Part shown: piece after piece, positions 9,600 through 22,606 of the stretch
Layout: each line of letters opens with the position of its first letter
Position numbering within the stretch: the first letter of the stretch is position 1
Assembly: GCA_964035575.1 (NCBI GenBank)
Contig: OZ037841.1
Coordinates: forward strand, 1,674,001-1,738,000
Direction: 5' to 3'
From: Rhynchopus sp. YZ270_cl-10
Lineage: Eukaryota
DNA length: 64,000 nt
The notes under the pieces: generated by a model
What the model saw: only the letters and a program-made list of their open reading frames with translations
Databases searched by the model: none
What the model was told of the DNA's origin: nothing
Position numbers and translations under genes: made by a program

Positions 9600-11675
9600 A
9601 TGTTTTTAAAGAAACCCGGCATCATCGCGACCCTGTTCGTCGCAGCGTACGTTATTGTCAACCCCTCGGAGACACGCTCGCACTCCCCTCCTGCATCTGA
9701 CGCTGAGTACCCTGCTGCATTCTTATCTTTGGAGCCTTATAGGTGGACCCTGGGTGTGCCTGACATCGAAGCGGTGCATCGAAGTACGACGCGCCTCGAT
9801 CACCTGGTGTCTTCAGAAGCATATTCGCTGTTGGCGAAGGTGGGGCCCGAAAAGTATGCCACCGGAGCCAACCATTTCAACGGCGCGACGCCATTCATCC
9901 CTCCAGAGGGCTGGAAAGGGAGGGGATGTGGCCTTGGACCACCTCCGGATAGAGTGGGGTTGGTGGATGTGGGTGCGCATTGCAGGGCGTTTATCGAGGC
10001 GTACGACAGGGAGTGCATGCCACGTCGTGCTGGTATGATGCAGGTAAATGTTTCGGACAACCACCCAGCTCATGTGCACCACCCGCTGTGTGTGTCTCCG
10101 GCTGTCGCAGGCAAGCCGGTTTACGTTCTGGTGGGGGCAATAGAGTCGCATAACAGCAGCGCAAAGTCATGTGGCTCCTTGGGCGATACATATGATATAT
10201 TAGACATCCGAGTGGATTCGCCTTCTACGATCGAGACTGCATTGGAGTACATTCCGGATTTAGGGCGAAAATGGCTCAAAATCGTTGCGTTCCGCCCAAT
10301 AGAGGTAGGGGAGTACACCGTAAGAGTCCGCACCCACGCAATTCATGTGCAAAACCCGCAGCACTTTGTTCGCAGAAAGCGTCGTGAATCGTTGGCGCAG
10401 CTTCCCATCTGGCGCTGCCCTCTTGGGAAGTGCATCAAACGCCGTCGCGACGGGGTTTACAAATCCAGCTATCTGTGTCTCTCCCGCCCGGTCAAAGTCA
10501 ATGTCATTCCCGGTGAATGCGCTGTGTCGCCTATTGAAGCACTCCCGCCCTGCCACGCAACGTTCCCTACACGCGAGGAGGACTGGTGGGGGCGTTGGGT
10601 ACGCGAATGCACAACCGACGCAACGTGCGCAGCACACCCCGTCCCCCTCCGCCCCATGGAGGCTGTCCTGCACAAATCAAAGAACCTTGCACTCATGCGC
10701 TCTGCGTCCTCCTGCTCTATGAGCAACCCTACATCCCACGTCACCAAGCTCTTTTCTCAGGAGACCTGGAGACCGAAAGGGGGGGGCTGGGTGTGGCACC
10801 CTCACACATGCCGACCGCGTATGTTCACACCCGAGAAGGCGTGGTCCTGTTTAAATGGACAAGGCTTGGTCGGCATTGGCGACTCAGTGAGCACAACGAA
10901 CGGACATTTGATGTACGGCTTCCTTGGCATGAAAAGCGAGCTTAAGGATGGACCTGACTTCAAATTCAGTGAGCGTGGACGGCGCACCGATGAGCTCTTC
11001 GGCGACGTGACACAGGACAGAGACATCCTCAACACCTCAGCCCCAACCGCCTCTCTGTTCTACGCAACGCTCACCAGACAGTTCTTCTACCACCTCGAAT
11101 CAATCACAAAAGATGTGGAAGACGTTCGAAAACTAGGGCAAGACAAAAACCCGATAAAAACAGTCATCGTCTCCATGGGTCTGCACGACACAGTCCGAGC
11201 ATATTCACCTCAAAAACCGTCGGACTACATCGAATCCTTCACAAAAGGATTTGTAAACAACCCATTAAAGCAGGCAGTGATATACACCCCAGCGACGTCG
11301 TGTGTTGTGCATAAGATGTGTACGAGGAAGAACCCGCATCGCGCGCAGCAGACGAATTCTGCGTATTCTTCTGCCCTCCGGCACTTGTCATCTCAAGGGT
11401 TGATGGCTCCGGTGGCCATCACCCCTGCCTTTTTCATGGCACGCTCTGTGAACTGGGAGGTGCCTTCCATGGACGAAGCAGGTAGCCACCCCTACTGCTC
11501 CTTCGTGGGCCTGAGCATGCAAAACCAGGCCCTAGACCTAATGTGCAAACCCTCCCCCGATGATGTCTTCGCCACTTCACGACCCTCACTGCAGGACGGC
11601 GAGACACGTGCCCCACCACCTGCACGCAAGCCTCCTCCACCACGACCACGCAAACGGATAAAGAGGAAGCGGTAA
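9600..11675 (+). CDS. Type II membrane SGNH/PC-esterase (NXPE/TBL-like) protein
   Basis: N-terminal hydrophobic anchor (GIIATLFVAAYVIV); W..HTCRP...CLNGQGLVGIGDS motif; GLHD; DEAGSHP as a candidate D..H motif. Start placed at ATG 9600. Confidence 0.7.
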   Translation: MFLKKPGIIATLFVAAYVIVNPSETRSHSPPASDAEYPAAFLSLEPYRWTLGVPDIEAVHRSTTRLDHLVSSEAYSLLAKVGPEKYATGANHFNGATPFIPPEGWKGRGCGLGPPPDRVGLVDVGAHCRAFIEAYDRECMPRRAGMMQVNVSDNHPAHVHHPLCVSPAVAGKPVYVLVGAIESHNSSAKSCGSLGDTYDILDIRVDSPSTIETALEYIPDLGRKWLKIVAFRPIEVGEYTVRVRTHAIHVQNPQHFVRRKRRESLAQLPIWRCPLGKCIKRRRDGVYKSSYLCLSRPVKVNVIPGECAVSPIEALPPCHATFPTREEDWWGRWVRECTTDATCAAHPVPLRPMEAVLHKSKNLALMRSASSCSMSNPTSHVTKLFSQETWRPKGGGWVWHPHTCRPRMFTPEKAWSCLNGQGLVGIGDSVSTTNGHLMYGFLGMKSELKDGPDFKFSERGRRTDELFGDVTQDRDILNTSAPTASLFYATLTRQFFYHLESITKDVEDVRKLGQDKNPIKTVIVSMGLHDTVRAYSPQKPSDYIESFTKGFVNNPLKQAVIYTPATSCVVHKMCTRKNPHRAQQTNSAYSSALRHLSSQGLMAPVAITPAFFMARSVNWEVPSMDEAGSHPYCSFVGLSMQNQALDLMCKPSPDDVFATSRPSLQDGETRAPPPARKPPPPRPRKRIKRKR

Positions 11676-12759
11676 AAAAGAAGTGGGGGAAAGGGAAAGG
11701 GGAGGGAGGAGGAGCGTAAGTAAAGTTTTGTACATAATTTTTTGAAGCGGTTCCTTTTTTTTTCGTCTGTTTTAGACTCTAATATTTCAAATAAAAAACA
11801 ACGATAGAAAGCAACAAAAAAGGGGTTTTGTTGCTACTAAACAGGCGAGGGAGAAAGGGGGGTATGTTTAAAAATAAAATAAAATTTGCATGTGGTTTCC
11901 TATCCTTTTTCGAAAGAGTGGTATTGAGTCGCGAACCTCCGGTGGGTGATAGTCGATACCAATAAAGGAACAATACAACAGGAAAAAGGGGGTTTTTTTC
12001 CCTCTCCAAACTAAAGAAGTAAAAACCTATAAAGAACCACAATGATGACCTTGGCCTTTTTCTCTTTCTGGGAGGAAATACGTTTCTGCATCTTTTTCCA
12101 AATCTTTCAAATCTATAAATGCCAACTGATCTGTGATCAATCACCCCAACAAAAAAACACACCTGCTCTTAAGGGTTCTTAAGGGGACGAACTACGTTTG
12201 CACCTTCCATAACACAAACAATTGTAGTAAGATCCCAAGCAATAGGATCACCAAAAATTGGATACTTAAAGGCGATTATCGACAGAGCACCACAAATAAC
12301 TTACACATAAAACAACATCTCGAAATTGACAAAACGAGGTATTAGATTTAATGGAGTCAATAATGGCTTTGCCAATTTAAAAAAGGTATCATTTCCCCCC
12401 CCCCCCCCCCCTTTTTCAACCACGTTTTTATCCCCCCCCCGATATGCATCCTTCTCACTTTGCTTTGACTCACATCTGCACTCAGAAAATACCCCCCCCC
12501 CCCCCACTACACACACCTTCGCATTGGTGGCTCAATTCAAAGTCTTTTTTTCATAAGGTGACGACACTGCCCCCCGAGAAGGGCTGAGGTTCTCGTTTCT
12601 CCCAAACATTTTTCCTTTTCCTTTCCTTTACTCTGAGTGCTTTCCTTCACACTTCAAAATAACCCTCCCGCCCCCCTTACGGGGGGTTGTGGGTGTGTCT
12701 CTCTTTTCTTCACTCAATTCTTCTCAAATTTTTCACATTTTTCCTAATATTTTCAATCG

Positions 12760-15060
12760 ATGCCATCTTTGGTGTTCCTCCGCCGAAAATGGAATATGGG
12801 GAGCGACGATTTTTGCGTTTCCCCTTTGCTGGCAGCGTGCTGTAGGGTGGTGTCTACGGTACTGGTGTTCGCTGTGTGGGGGACGGTATCGGGGTCGGTG
12901 CCGGCTGGGTGCACTGCACACGAAGCAGCAGAGGTATATCTCATAGGCGCAGTGTCGGTCAATGCTGCGTTCGCGGTTGAAGAGATTGTCTTGGCACATC
13001 AGTCGTGGCGTGGTGGAATCATGACGCCAACTGCACGCCCGCACATCCCTCTACTCCTCTCTATCCGTATCTCCCTTTGGTCTGCAGATATCCTCTGGAC
13101 GCTGTTCGGCACCATCGTAGCCGCCGCTTTCCCATCCTGCTTTGAAGGCAACCCAGAGTATTCGGCAGTGATCTTCATTTTAGTGATGTCATGGTTAATG
13201 CTTGCATCCCACGCATTCTTCGCGTATGCAGTGTTCTTGACGGATAGTGCAGAAAAAAAGACGGATCGTGATGTTCTCTATGGAAAGCGTTGGGTGCGGA
13301 GACTGAAAAGGCTGCTCTGTCTTGCCAGCCCCGATGCGGAATGTTTGGAGGAAATTAGCGAGCTTTTTGCGAATATGTTTCGGTCTGTGGACCTGGTTCC
13401 GACGGACATCCTGGCGGGGGTCATCTTGGTGCAACGGAGCCAACAGCTCAGAGAGGCTGCGCACGAAGCAAAGCGTACCCCAAAGCAGGACTCCTCCTTT
13501 ATTGATCTGATCGCCTTTCGTGGGCACACTGTACAAAGCTCTACTCTTGGAAAGCGTGAATCGGCGAATGTACATACCCCACGAGCCGACAACACAAACG
13601 CCAACGCGTCGCCGAATTCCTTCCAAAATGCTCGCATTTCCGGCGATTTTTCTACCGCGACAGACAACATAAGCACACACAGTCCATTTCGCGGACAACG
13701 CTGGTCGCGCAACTCCTCTCCAGCGCTCTCCTCCGCAAACGTCACCCTCACAAGACTTGACTTCGACATCGAAAAGCCCCGCCGCCTGCAGCAGTACCCA
13801 TCCTCCGCTATGGAGGAGCCGCTTATCACACCCTTCGAATCTTCCAAGGGAGTTACCGCGGTGAAGGTGGTCGAGCGTTTATGCCTCTTTTTACGGTATG
13901 CACAAGGTGCATATGGGTGGCCGATGTTCCTGTTGGATAGACCTTGTACTGGGTGCTGCCAGCTAGCGTCTTCGAGGACGGGGTTGGGGAAGAGCTTTAC
14001 CGGGGTGTTGGATTGTTGTGCGTGCAATGAAGCAGCGTTGGTGCGTACGTTGCGTGGGAGTGGTGGTGGTGTGTGTGGCAGTGCGCCAGGGAGGGATGTC
14101 AGGGTGGTGCATTTCAGCGATACGAATACAGAGTGCTGTTCGCCGTATTCTGTTGTGATAGACCACGATGTGTCTTCTGTTGTTATTGCAGTGCGCGGAA
14201 CGTTGTCAGTCCAAGACGTAGTAACGGATGCGCGAGCCTCGCTCTGTCCCGTTGTGCTCCCAATCTCGCAAACTCTGCTCGGCACAGCGCACAACGGGAT
14301 GTTCCGGACGGCCAAAAAAATTTACGACCAAACCCGCAGTGCGCTTGCCGCCAGCTTCGCAAAGCACCCCTCCTACAAGCTCATCCTCACAGGACACTCG
14401 CTAGGTGCTGGGGTGGCCTCTATTCTTTCGTGTCTTCTCAGTGAAGTGTACGAAACGCATATTTGCCTTGCGTTTTCACCTCCTGGGGCGCTTGGTGACG
14501 AAAAGGTTGCTGCGTTTGCAAAGAAGCATGTTTATTCATTTGTCTTTGGAAAGGATTTGGTGCCACGATTCTCGGAGGCGTCTTCCGAGCATCTGCGGAA
14601 CCACATCATGGCAGAGCTGGCTGCGCATGGGGAGGTTAGTAAGATGGCGATTCTGGGTTCCCGTTTGAAGGCGTTGCCTGAGAGACGCACGCCATCGCTG
14701 GCGGGAAATCAGGCGTTGCACAAACACACAACAACCGTGGCGGCAGATGTGCGGGAGCAGAGGGTCCTGTGTTCATGCTTTGGAAACGTGATGCACTTCC
14801 TCGACGACGCGTCGCAGGGTCCCCTTGCAGCGTGGCGGCGTGCTGACGACCTGCAAGAGATTGAGATCTCCCCACGGATGTTCCTGGACCACTTCCCGCA
14901 CAACAACGTGCGCACAGCGGAAACAGTCCTCAGGCGTCTGCGGGGAGAGGAGCTCACGCAGATACCATACACCTTTGCACCAGTGGAGGACCTTCTTGAG
15001 CGTCTCCACGCGTCGCTCTTTGATGCAACACCCATCGTGCAGAAGGCGTTCCAAGTCTAG
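12760..15060 (+). CDS. sn1-diacylglycerol lipase-like protein (lipase class 3 with N-terminal TM helices)
   Basis: Four hydrophobic N-terminal segments, DLVPTDILAG, VIAVRGTLS..D..TD, AHNGM, the nucleophile motif TGHSLGAG, DLVPR and DHFP. Confidence 0.9.
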   Translation: MPSLVFLRRKWNMGSDDFCVSPLLAACCRVVSTVLVFAVWGTVSGSVPAGCTAHEAAEVYLIGAVSVNAAFAVEEIVLAHQSWRGGIMTPTARPHIPLLLSIRISLWSADILWTLFGTIVAAAFPSCFEGNPEYSAVIFILVMSWLMLASHAFFAYAVFLTDSAEKKTDRDVLYGKRWVRRLKRLLCLASPDAECLEEISELFANMFRSVDLVPTDILAGVILVQRSQQLREAAHEAKRTPKQDSSFIDLIAFRGHTVQSSTLGKRESANVHTPRADNTNANASPNSFQNARISGDFSTATDNISTHSPFRGQRWSRNSSPALSSANVTLTRLDFDIEKPRRLQQYPSSAMEEPLITPFESSKGVTAVKVVERLCLFLRYAQGAYGWPMFLLDRPCTGCCQLASSRTGLGKSFTGVLDCCACNEAALVRTLRGSGGGVCGSAPGRDVRVVHFSDTNTECCSPYSVVIDHDVSSVVIAVRGTLSVQDVVTDARASLCPVVLPISQTLLGTAHNGMFRTAKKIYDQTRSALAASFAKHPSYKLILTGHSLGAGVASILSCLLSEVYETHICLAFSPPGALGDEKVAAFAKKHVYSFVFGKDLVPRFSEASSEHLRNHIMAELAAHGEVSKMAILGSRLKALPERRTPSLAGNQALHKHTTTVAADVREQRVLCSCFGNVMHFLDDASQGPLAAWRRADDLQEIEISPRMFLDHFPHNNVRTAETVLRRLRGEELTQIPYTFAPVEDLLERLHASLFDATPIVQKAFQV

Positions 15061-16644
15061 CATGGGTTCTGGGATTGTTATGATGCACGAGAAGCATCTT
15101 AAAAGACCAACAGTTTAGTGTTTGTAATGAAACTAAAGTATTTGTGAAAATAGACAGTGGGGAAAGGGGTTGGGGGCCGGGGGAGTCGAGAAGGGTTGTT
15201 GTGTACATACAGTATGAGTTCCTTTTCTAGTTTGACATAGTGCTGGCCGGTGAGGGGTACCTCTCATTGTCTTTTTTTGGGGGGAAGCATGAACCCCTGA
15301 GAGTAATTTCTTGGTGGTTCTCTTGTTACGCTTTTTGGTGCGTGAAGAGGGTGTTGCTTCTCTACTGGAAGTGCCACTTCGAGCCTTGCCTTGCAACGCC
15401 AGCAAATGGGATTACGTCATCTTCCCAGAAGCGTCTAGAGGCTGCCTTGTGTTCAACCCAAATATGTTCGTGCCAATGCGCATTAGTACACAGGGAGACA
15501 TATTTTTCAATGTTTTTTAGTTAAGTTTTTCTGGTCATTTGTGTTTTGCTTTTGGGTTCTCTGACCTTCCCAAAAATCACTTTTTTTCTTCCAGATGTGG
15601 GTGCACGAGAGGCACATCATCAGTTCCCCTCTTTTTTAGTAGTTTTTGAGGTTACCGATATGTGTGCAATGTACCACAGACCATGTCGTATTTGTTTATG
15701 TATTCTTTTTCAGTTGCTCACAATTCGCCCCCCACCTATCCCACCCTTAGCTCCTTTCTCTTGGTCTTCTTTTTTGTCCTTTTAGGTCCGCGAGAGGCAA
15801 TACACATTACTGTCCTTTCTTCTTGGAAGAGACTGCATTTTATTTTTAATACAGCGTCACGCATGATAATAATAAGATGTGTGCATGCCGGCCGTGCCTG
15901 TGTAAGCGTTTTTTTTTCATTTTGTTTTAAATTCTTTTTGATAAATGGTTGGGGTAGTGTAGTTGCCTCGTTGTGCAATTTCCACTTTCCAAAAGTTCAC
16001 TCAAGAAAAGGCCTCAGATCTCGGTTTTTTATTTCTTTGTTTCCACACGCGTCTTTTGTGTTTTTTTTTTGTCACATCCTCCGGAGGGAGGTAGGCCTTC
16101 TACAAAGACGTTGTGTCATCATGGCTCTTCATGATTCCCACCACGTAAATCTAAGATCGGTGTACAAATTTCTCTTATGCTGTCAACTTTCTTTCGTTAT
16201 CGCAAAAGTGGTGTGGTCGAAGGTCACATCGTAAGTACACCTTAAAGACTGTGTAAAAATTTGGTGGGATTTTTTACCCTGTGAACACTTTTGTCAAGAC
16301 AAAAGGGTATGTTGAACCCAGCATACCTTTTGAAGCAGCAGATGTTTTTTTAGAAGTTTTTCATGGTATTTGAAAATTCGATCAAAATTCCGAGAGCTTT
16401 TTAAAATAGATTGGGAGCGCAATTTCGATTGTAAAAATAAAGTGAATTCAGGGGTGCTAGCATTTCCAGAACCTAATTTTCCCACTGCCCCCTGTGGAGG
16501 ACTTTTGTGGGCAGCGCTTGTTAATAGTTACGAAACCAAATCACGTGAACCATAATTCCAAAAAAAAAAATCTGTGCGAAAAGTAATGAAAAATAAACGT
16601 CAAAAAAAAAGCGCCCCATACCCCACCCTACGTTTTCTAAACCC

Positions 16645-16676
16645 ACCAACGATTTCTTAAAACTACAATTTTCTGT
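16645..16676 (+). other. Degenerate spliced-leader (mini-exon)-like relic
   Basis: ACCAACGATTTCTTAAAACTACAATTTTCTGT resembles the diplonemid SL exon as recalled (AACCAACGATTTAAAAGCTACAGTTTCTGTACTTTATTG). No downstream SL intron is seen. Confidence 0.5.
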
Positions 16677-16848
16677 CGATCGGAAGCGATTTTTTTTAAC
16701 TCAGAACCGCCCTCAGAACCCTGTTTTGGGGATATTCTCCCAGGTTACATAACCTACCTTACGAAAAATTTGCGAAATATTTAAATTGACAAAACCACCC
16801 TGAACAATAACACAGGAGTTATCCCCCAAAACGCCCCCACGCAATACA

Positions 16849-18116
16849 ATGCACCGCATCGTGCTGCTGCTGTCCACTGTACTCCTAGTTTCAGCTGACC
16901 TTGATGGCTGCGAGCTGGTTGTGGACCAACATGCTCAGAACTTTGATCGCTTCATTGCTTCGTCCGCATCGTCTACTGAGGGGCTGAACAGCTTTCATCT
17001 GCATACCAATGATTGCACGGACACTGCGAACAACAAAAGGCTGGTTGTGTCTCACAGCCCCTCCAGGAAGGGGCCGTGCACGACAAAGTACACACCGTGC
17101 GGACTGCTGGACCACCGCAACATCGAATACTTCGACCGCCACACCCTTGACTGCGGTTCAGGGCAAGTCATGACAGAGTATAAGCTCGAACGTTGCGACG
17201 CAGACAACATGCGCTTCCGTTACGTCTGCTGCGAGTACTACGAGGAGCGTGGCCCTACCATGTTACGTCACACGGACTGCGATGAGGTGCAGGGCAAAAG
17301 GCTTGAGTACTTGGACCGCCACCCCGTCGCGTGCCCGTACCCCGCAGTGCTGTCGCACTTCCAGATGCTGTCGTGGGAGCAGACATGCGTAGGTATGATA
17401 ATTATCCAGAATCTGCCATCTTTTGGGCAGATTTGCCATTTTTGTTTTTCTCCACAGATGTCGGCAACCACCGTGGCAGCTCCAATCCTGGAGGGTACAG
17501 ACGTTTCAGGTACACATGCATCATTGCCCCTGTTGGAGGTGTGGAGTGCAACACCATGTCTATAAGTTTCGGCATGGAACGCATTCACGGCCTCGGTGGG
17601 TCTGTACTGAGCACACAGGGCCTCGCTGGGTTTTCCTTTACCTACGCGCCGTGTCAGGATGACACGTCGCGCAGCATTACTCTAACTGCGATCGACATTG
17701 CTCCTCTTCTGTGCCGTGCTGAGAGTACCACTGCGTGTTCACCGGATCTGGCTCTTGCGGATATTGGCGAGCACGACGTTGACTGTGGGTATCACTACCA
17801 CCTGACGGGCTTTGAGTTCACCTCGGACGGCTGTACTGCAGGGAGCATGCGCATCAAGTACACCTGCTGCTCTCCAGATGACCCGTTCCTTGCCAGTGTG
17901 CCTATCGTTACATTCCCCCCTGCCCTGCCCACACAGTTCTCATCGTGCTTCGCGGTGCAAGGTCCTAACCCACAAAAAAACTTCGGCAACATCTGGGGAG
18001 TGCAATGCGGTGCAGACCAAGCGCTCCAAAGGTGGCAGATGGTCGGTGGCTGCGCAGATACGACCAACAGAAGGATAGAGTACGTCTGTCGTACGGTTGT
18101 GTTCGGGCCGATGTGA
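16849..18116 (+). CDS. Secreted cysteine-rich repeat protein, 2 exons: 16849-17392, 17458-18116
   Basis: Signal peptide MHRIVLLLSTVLLVSA. A 65-nt GTATG...CACAG intron joins the two overlapping ORFs in frame. About 4 repeats of the form YxDRHxxxC...F/Y...MRxxYxCC. Confidence 0.85.
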
Positions 18117-18295
18117 CGATTTTGTTGGTAATTTTTTGGACGTGTTCGAATCTTGCCTTCTTCTGATGCAGTGGGGCACCCTTAATTACTTCATCCTTTT
18201 TCCCCCTTCCAATATTCAATTCCACTGCTCTCAAGATCCACGTAGGGGAGGATGATCTTGAGAGCCCTGTTCAATTCCCCCAAATTTCATTTCGG

Positions 18296-18691
18296 TGGGA
18301 GCCTTTTCCGGGGAAGTTTTTCCATCCCAGGGAGGCGTTTGCATTTATCAACTTTTTTCACTCCCCTTCTTTGTATGATCATGGGTTTCTGTCTTCGTGG
18401 CAAGAGCCCCTCTGTACGGGTTGGAACTCGCTCACTGATCCATTTTGAGATTAGTTCCTGGCCCTCCAAGGCCCCTCCAAGCTCCTATTGTTTTTTTTTT
18501 CTTTGTTTTTTTTTTTTAAATATTTGTGTGCACAGTGAGTGCACATCGTATGGTGACGTTTAATCCTTCTCTTGGGTTGCTTGTGTTCTGTACCCCTCTT
18601 TTGTATGATCATGGGCTTACTGTCTTCGTGGCAAGAGCCCCTCTGTACGGGTTGGAACTCGCTCACTGATCCATTTTGAGATTAGTTCCTG
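18296..18691 (+). repeat. Structured repeat family A, block 1 (two core copies, 18371-18460 and 18601-18691)
   Basis: Near-identical to 22607-22987 and 23301-23565. Confidence 0.9.
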
Positions 18692-20266
18692 AACAACGCG
18701 CTGTGAACGTCTGTCTCGCAGCATCATGCACTGTTTTTTCCCCCCACTATTTAGATCTTTCAGATGTGTATGCCACTTTGTGGTTGACACTCACTCTCCT
18801 TCAAGGTCTTTTGCCCATTTATTATTATTATTTGCAATAGGCTCTACTATTAGAGTACCGTGGAAGTAATGGAAGTAGTCCACTGTCACAGCCAATTATT
18901 CAACGCTGCGGGATCCATCGAAATAGATTTCCACTCTTAACCGGACGTATTTTATTTCAAGGTGACTTCGGACTCCACCCTATGAGAGGCACAGGCTAGT
19001 ATTTTATGAGCAATTCTAGTGTACTTTCCCCTCGCGTACAAACTGGATGTGTCCCCCACCCCCCACAGACGTGCATCATTCATCCAACCTCTGCACCACG
19101 CTGGGTGATAGGGTGATTTGGTAGGTTCACATGATAGTATCCTATCATGTGATCTATCATGTGACCCTATAGCGTGGTGTACTCTTCCCCTATCTCCGCC
19201 CCCCCACACCGACACAACGTATTCTATTCCCCATTTAGCCTTTATTTTTTTTTTAACTCAAACGTTTCGTCCCATAGATCGTGACACACATTTTCTTGTG
19301 TCAGTATATATTTTTGTATAGAAACGACTGAGTATTGGGTGTGTTCCATCTCTTCTTTCAAGTTTTTATTTTATCACATATTTTTTTTGTATTTCTGTTC
19401 CTTTCGTGCGACAATTTCAGTACTCAAAAGAGTACTGCAATGCAGTGATCCCAAGAATACTCTATCAGACCAGCGTGCCTAAGTAGGTCTCATCTCCACC
19501 ACAATCTCGGAGGATGGGGTGTGCTGTCTCGTACAGCCACAGTTTCCAACATGGTACACTGAGCCAAACAGATTAATGGCAACACAAGATACAATGTTTT
19601 TGTCCGCAGAAATAAGCGAATGGGATTTTAGCGAATTTACCTCAAGAGTTTGACAACCTGTTGCGGGTAAATTCGCGGGGGGGAAAAACACAAGAAAAAA
19701 AAGGGAATATCCCCCAGGTTCTCCCAGGACTGGGTTTGGATTGAAATTGTCAAATACAAACCCCCAGATACCTGTCCCCCTTCACCAAACTATGTTCTTA
19801 GTAAATTGTCAGTGCATGCCCTCCCCCCTTTTTTTTTCCAAGTTTTCTTTAGTGCTCATTCCCACCCCAACCCGCCGAGTCTCTCTGTATAAGGGGGAAA
19901 AAAACGTGCGACACTGCGTGGAAATCACACGAAAAAGCGAAGTGACTACACGTCGTCAATTTATCAATTTCAGTGCGTTTCTTTTTCTGTTCTCAGGTGA
20001 CGAAACAAAGTTCATCTATCACACCTTTTTTATGAGAGGCACATGCATTCTTTCAAGGTTTTTTTCCACCCTGTGACCTTTTTTGGGAATTCGATCCCAC
20101 AACACCTCCGAGGGGGGGTGGACGAATCCCCAGTACTGTAACCGTAACTCGTTATGAAGGGGTTCTTCACTGCCCCTTTTGATTCTCTCCTTTGATGCAA
20201 AAAATTCTAGTGGTTACTAGTAACATGCGTATTATTTACAAAAATGACGTATTTTCGACCAAAAAT

Positions 20267-20368
20267 ACGCCTGTTATTAACAACACGCCTGTCATTAACA
20301 ACACGCCTATTATTAACAACACGCCTGTTATTAACAACACGCCTGTTATTAACAACACGCCTGTTATT
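20267..20368. repeat. 18-bp minisatellite (ACGCCTGTTATTAACAAC), about 5.5 copies
   Basis: Direct tandem repeat, read directly. Confidence 0.9.
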
Positions 20369-21377
20369 TACATAAATTTGTGTAAATATTATACCGGTTT
20401 ATTTCTATTCTTTATTTTACTATTTTTTTCTTTGCAGAAAAAACACGGTTTCTGAAAGTGCCTGTTCTTTTTTTGCACGGTGCGAATGAGTTTTTGAGGG
20501 CTTCTTTCCGTGTGGGGGACAAAAGCGCTTTAAAAAAACAGCAAAAACATCAAAAAAATATCACGCGCTTTCAGAAACCGTGAGAACGTCTGCTGAAGAA
20601 GAAGAAAAAAAACTGATGCTAAGCTCCTTCCTTTCTCACAACTTCGTACGGTTTTCCTCATCGTACCTCATAGTTCATTCTCTACCTAAAACACTGTCCC
20701 GAGGGCTGTGTATTTCAAGTTTTATTTTGTTTGTTTATTTTTTTTTTGTTTTTCCAACGGTGACCCTCTTGCACTGTGAGACTTAGGGTTCATCTTTGCA
20801 AACCCCTATTTCCCCTTCCCCCTCCGCCCACCCCCTCCACTTGCTTGCTTGCTTGCTCAACGTATCTTTCTTTGTTACAACAAAAAAAGGCACAAAACCG
20901 TTCAAACAAAAAGACCACATGATTTTGGCTGAAAATTTGGTGGAGTTTTTGGTATTGTATTACCTCCCCCAGGCTCCCCTAATCACCCACATTTTCGGGC
21001 AAAAAATCAGGTGGAAAAAAAAAAAAAAACAGTGGAGATTGCCCAAGCTGTGACAACACAACCGAGGCAACTACACTTCTCCAACAATTTATCAAAAAAA
21101 TAAAATAAAATAGTGGAGCACACTCTAGGTGGCTTCACTAATACAACCAAGTTTTCAAAAAGAATAAAAACAACAACACCTCTTCCACGACTGAGCGCTG
21201 AGGTGTGCTTTCATTGTCGTGTATCCTACCAAACTCCCTTTGAGTACACCTCGTAGAGGTACGGGGGGGTATGCTTGTCTATACAACAGCAAAATGCAAA
21301 CAATTTTTTTTTGAGATTACCTTTTTCTCCTATTCTATTTACCCTCTTTGCCTTCTTTTCGTTTAGAAAAGAAAGTA

Positions 21378-21772
21378 CCGTAATTGTAAAAATATTGGGA
21401 CGTAAAAAAGTTGAAACGTAAAAATGTTGGGCCGTAAAAATGTTGGGACAGCTGGGCGAAAAATTCCCGTCCCAACATTTTTACGGCCCAACATATTTAC
21501 GTTCGGGAATTTTTACGTAGATTTTGTTAGGGAAGATTTGTCTTAGCTAGCAAAAAAAAAAAAATTTTTTTTTCGATTACCTAGCGAGTAGGCGGGTTGA
21601 ACGTCACTGGCACGTGTCAAAGTTTTCAAGAGGGCGTGGGAAAAAAACGCTAAGACAAATAGGCTCAAGCCAAAGTAGCCCAAAAAATGTTGGGCCGTAA
21701 AAATGTTGGGACGAGCGAGCCTTTTTTGGGCTGTCCCAACATTTTTACGGCCCAACATTTTTACAATTACGG
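21378..21772. mobile_element. Tc1/mariner-pogo-type MITE
   Basis: TIR CCGTAATTGTAAAAAT / ATTTTTACAATTACGG with TA on both sides; internal AAAATGTTGGGCCGT repeats in both orientations. Confidence 0.85.
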
Positions 21773-22606
21773 TATATGAAATAATCATATTCCATTTTTT
21801 TTAAAATATTGTTATTTTTGCCTCTTTTTCTGTCTCTTAATCTGCAGTGGGCAATACACGGTTCTTTTATTGAAGTGTTGCCTTTACTAATAATCTCCTT
21901 CCGAAAAATGCAGTGGTGAGTCCATCTCAGCTTTTTTCTTAAACATCTTTCTTTCTCTTACTTTCTCACTTTTTTTTTTTAAATGTTACTTCAAAAGAAA
22001 GGGTGCATGTGTTGACCCTCTCAAATACTTTCAACTCTGTGAACTGAAAGTATATGAATCTAATGTTACTGGCTAGTAACCGCTTACACCAAACTACAAT
22101 ACCCTCTCCCCTCTTGGAGGCCACAGATTATTTTTTTTTATTCAACGTATTTTTATGCCATTTTATGGCAACATTTTTTGAGAGGATCGATTACGTGGTC
22201 ACCTTGCTGTGGATTAAATTCTAGATTGTCTAAACTGCTCGTAAGTGCCTTTATTTGCATTTTTCCGCAATGATGGTCATGCGTTCAGAGAAATTTTCTG
22301 ATGTCGAGAAAAAAACATTTTTTTTTTCGGGGTCGGCCACGTGGGTGACAACGGTTGACCATGATTTTTGCCTTTTGTCGGCAGATTATAGCATACCACC
22401 GCATAAGAGCACACAATAGCACATAATTGCGCATGGTCAGAACTAAAAAAAGACTGTCTTCCAGAGCGACTGTACGTTTCTTTTTTCTCGTTCCCTTTCT
22501 CTTTATTTTTTTTTGTATGGGAACATTTTTGTTCCCTATACCCATGCTCAATTTATTGAATGCGTATTTTGTAATGTTTTTTAGTGTATTACACCGTACG
22601 TCACAT

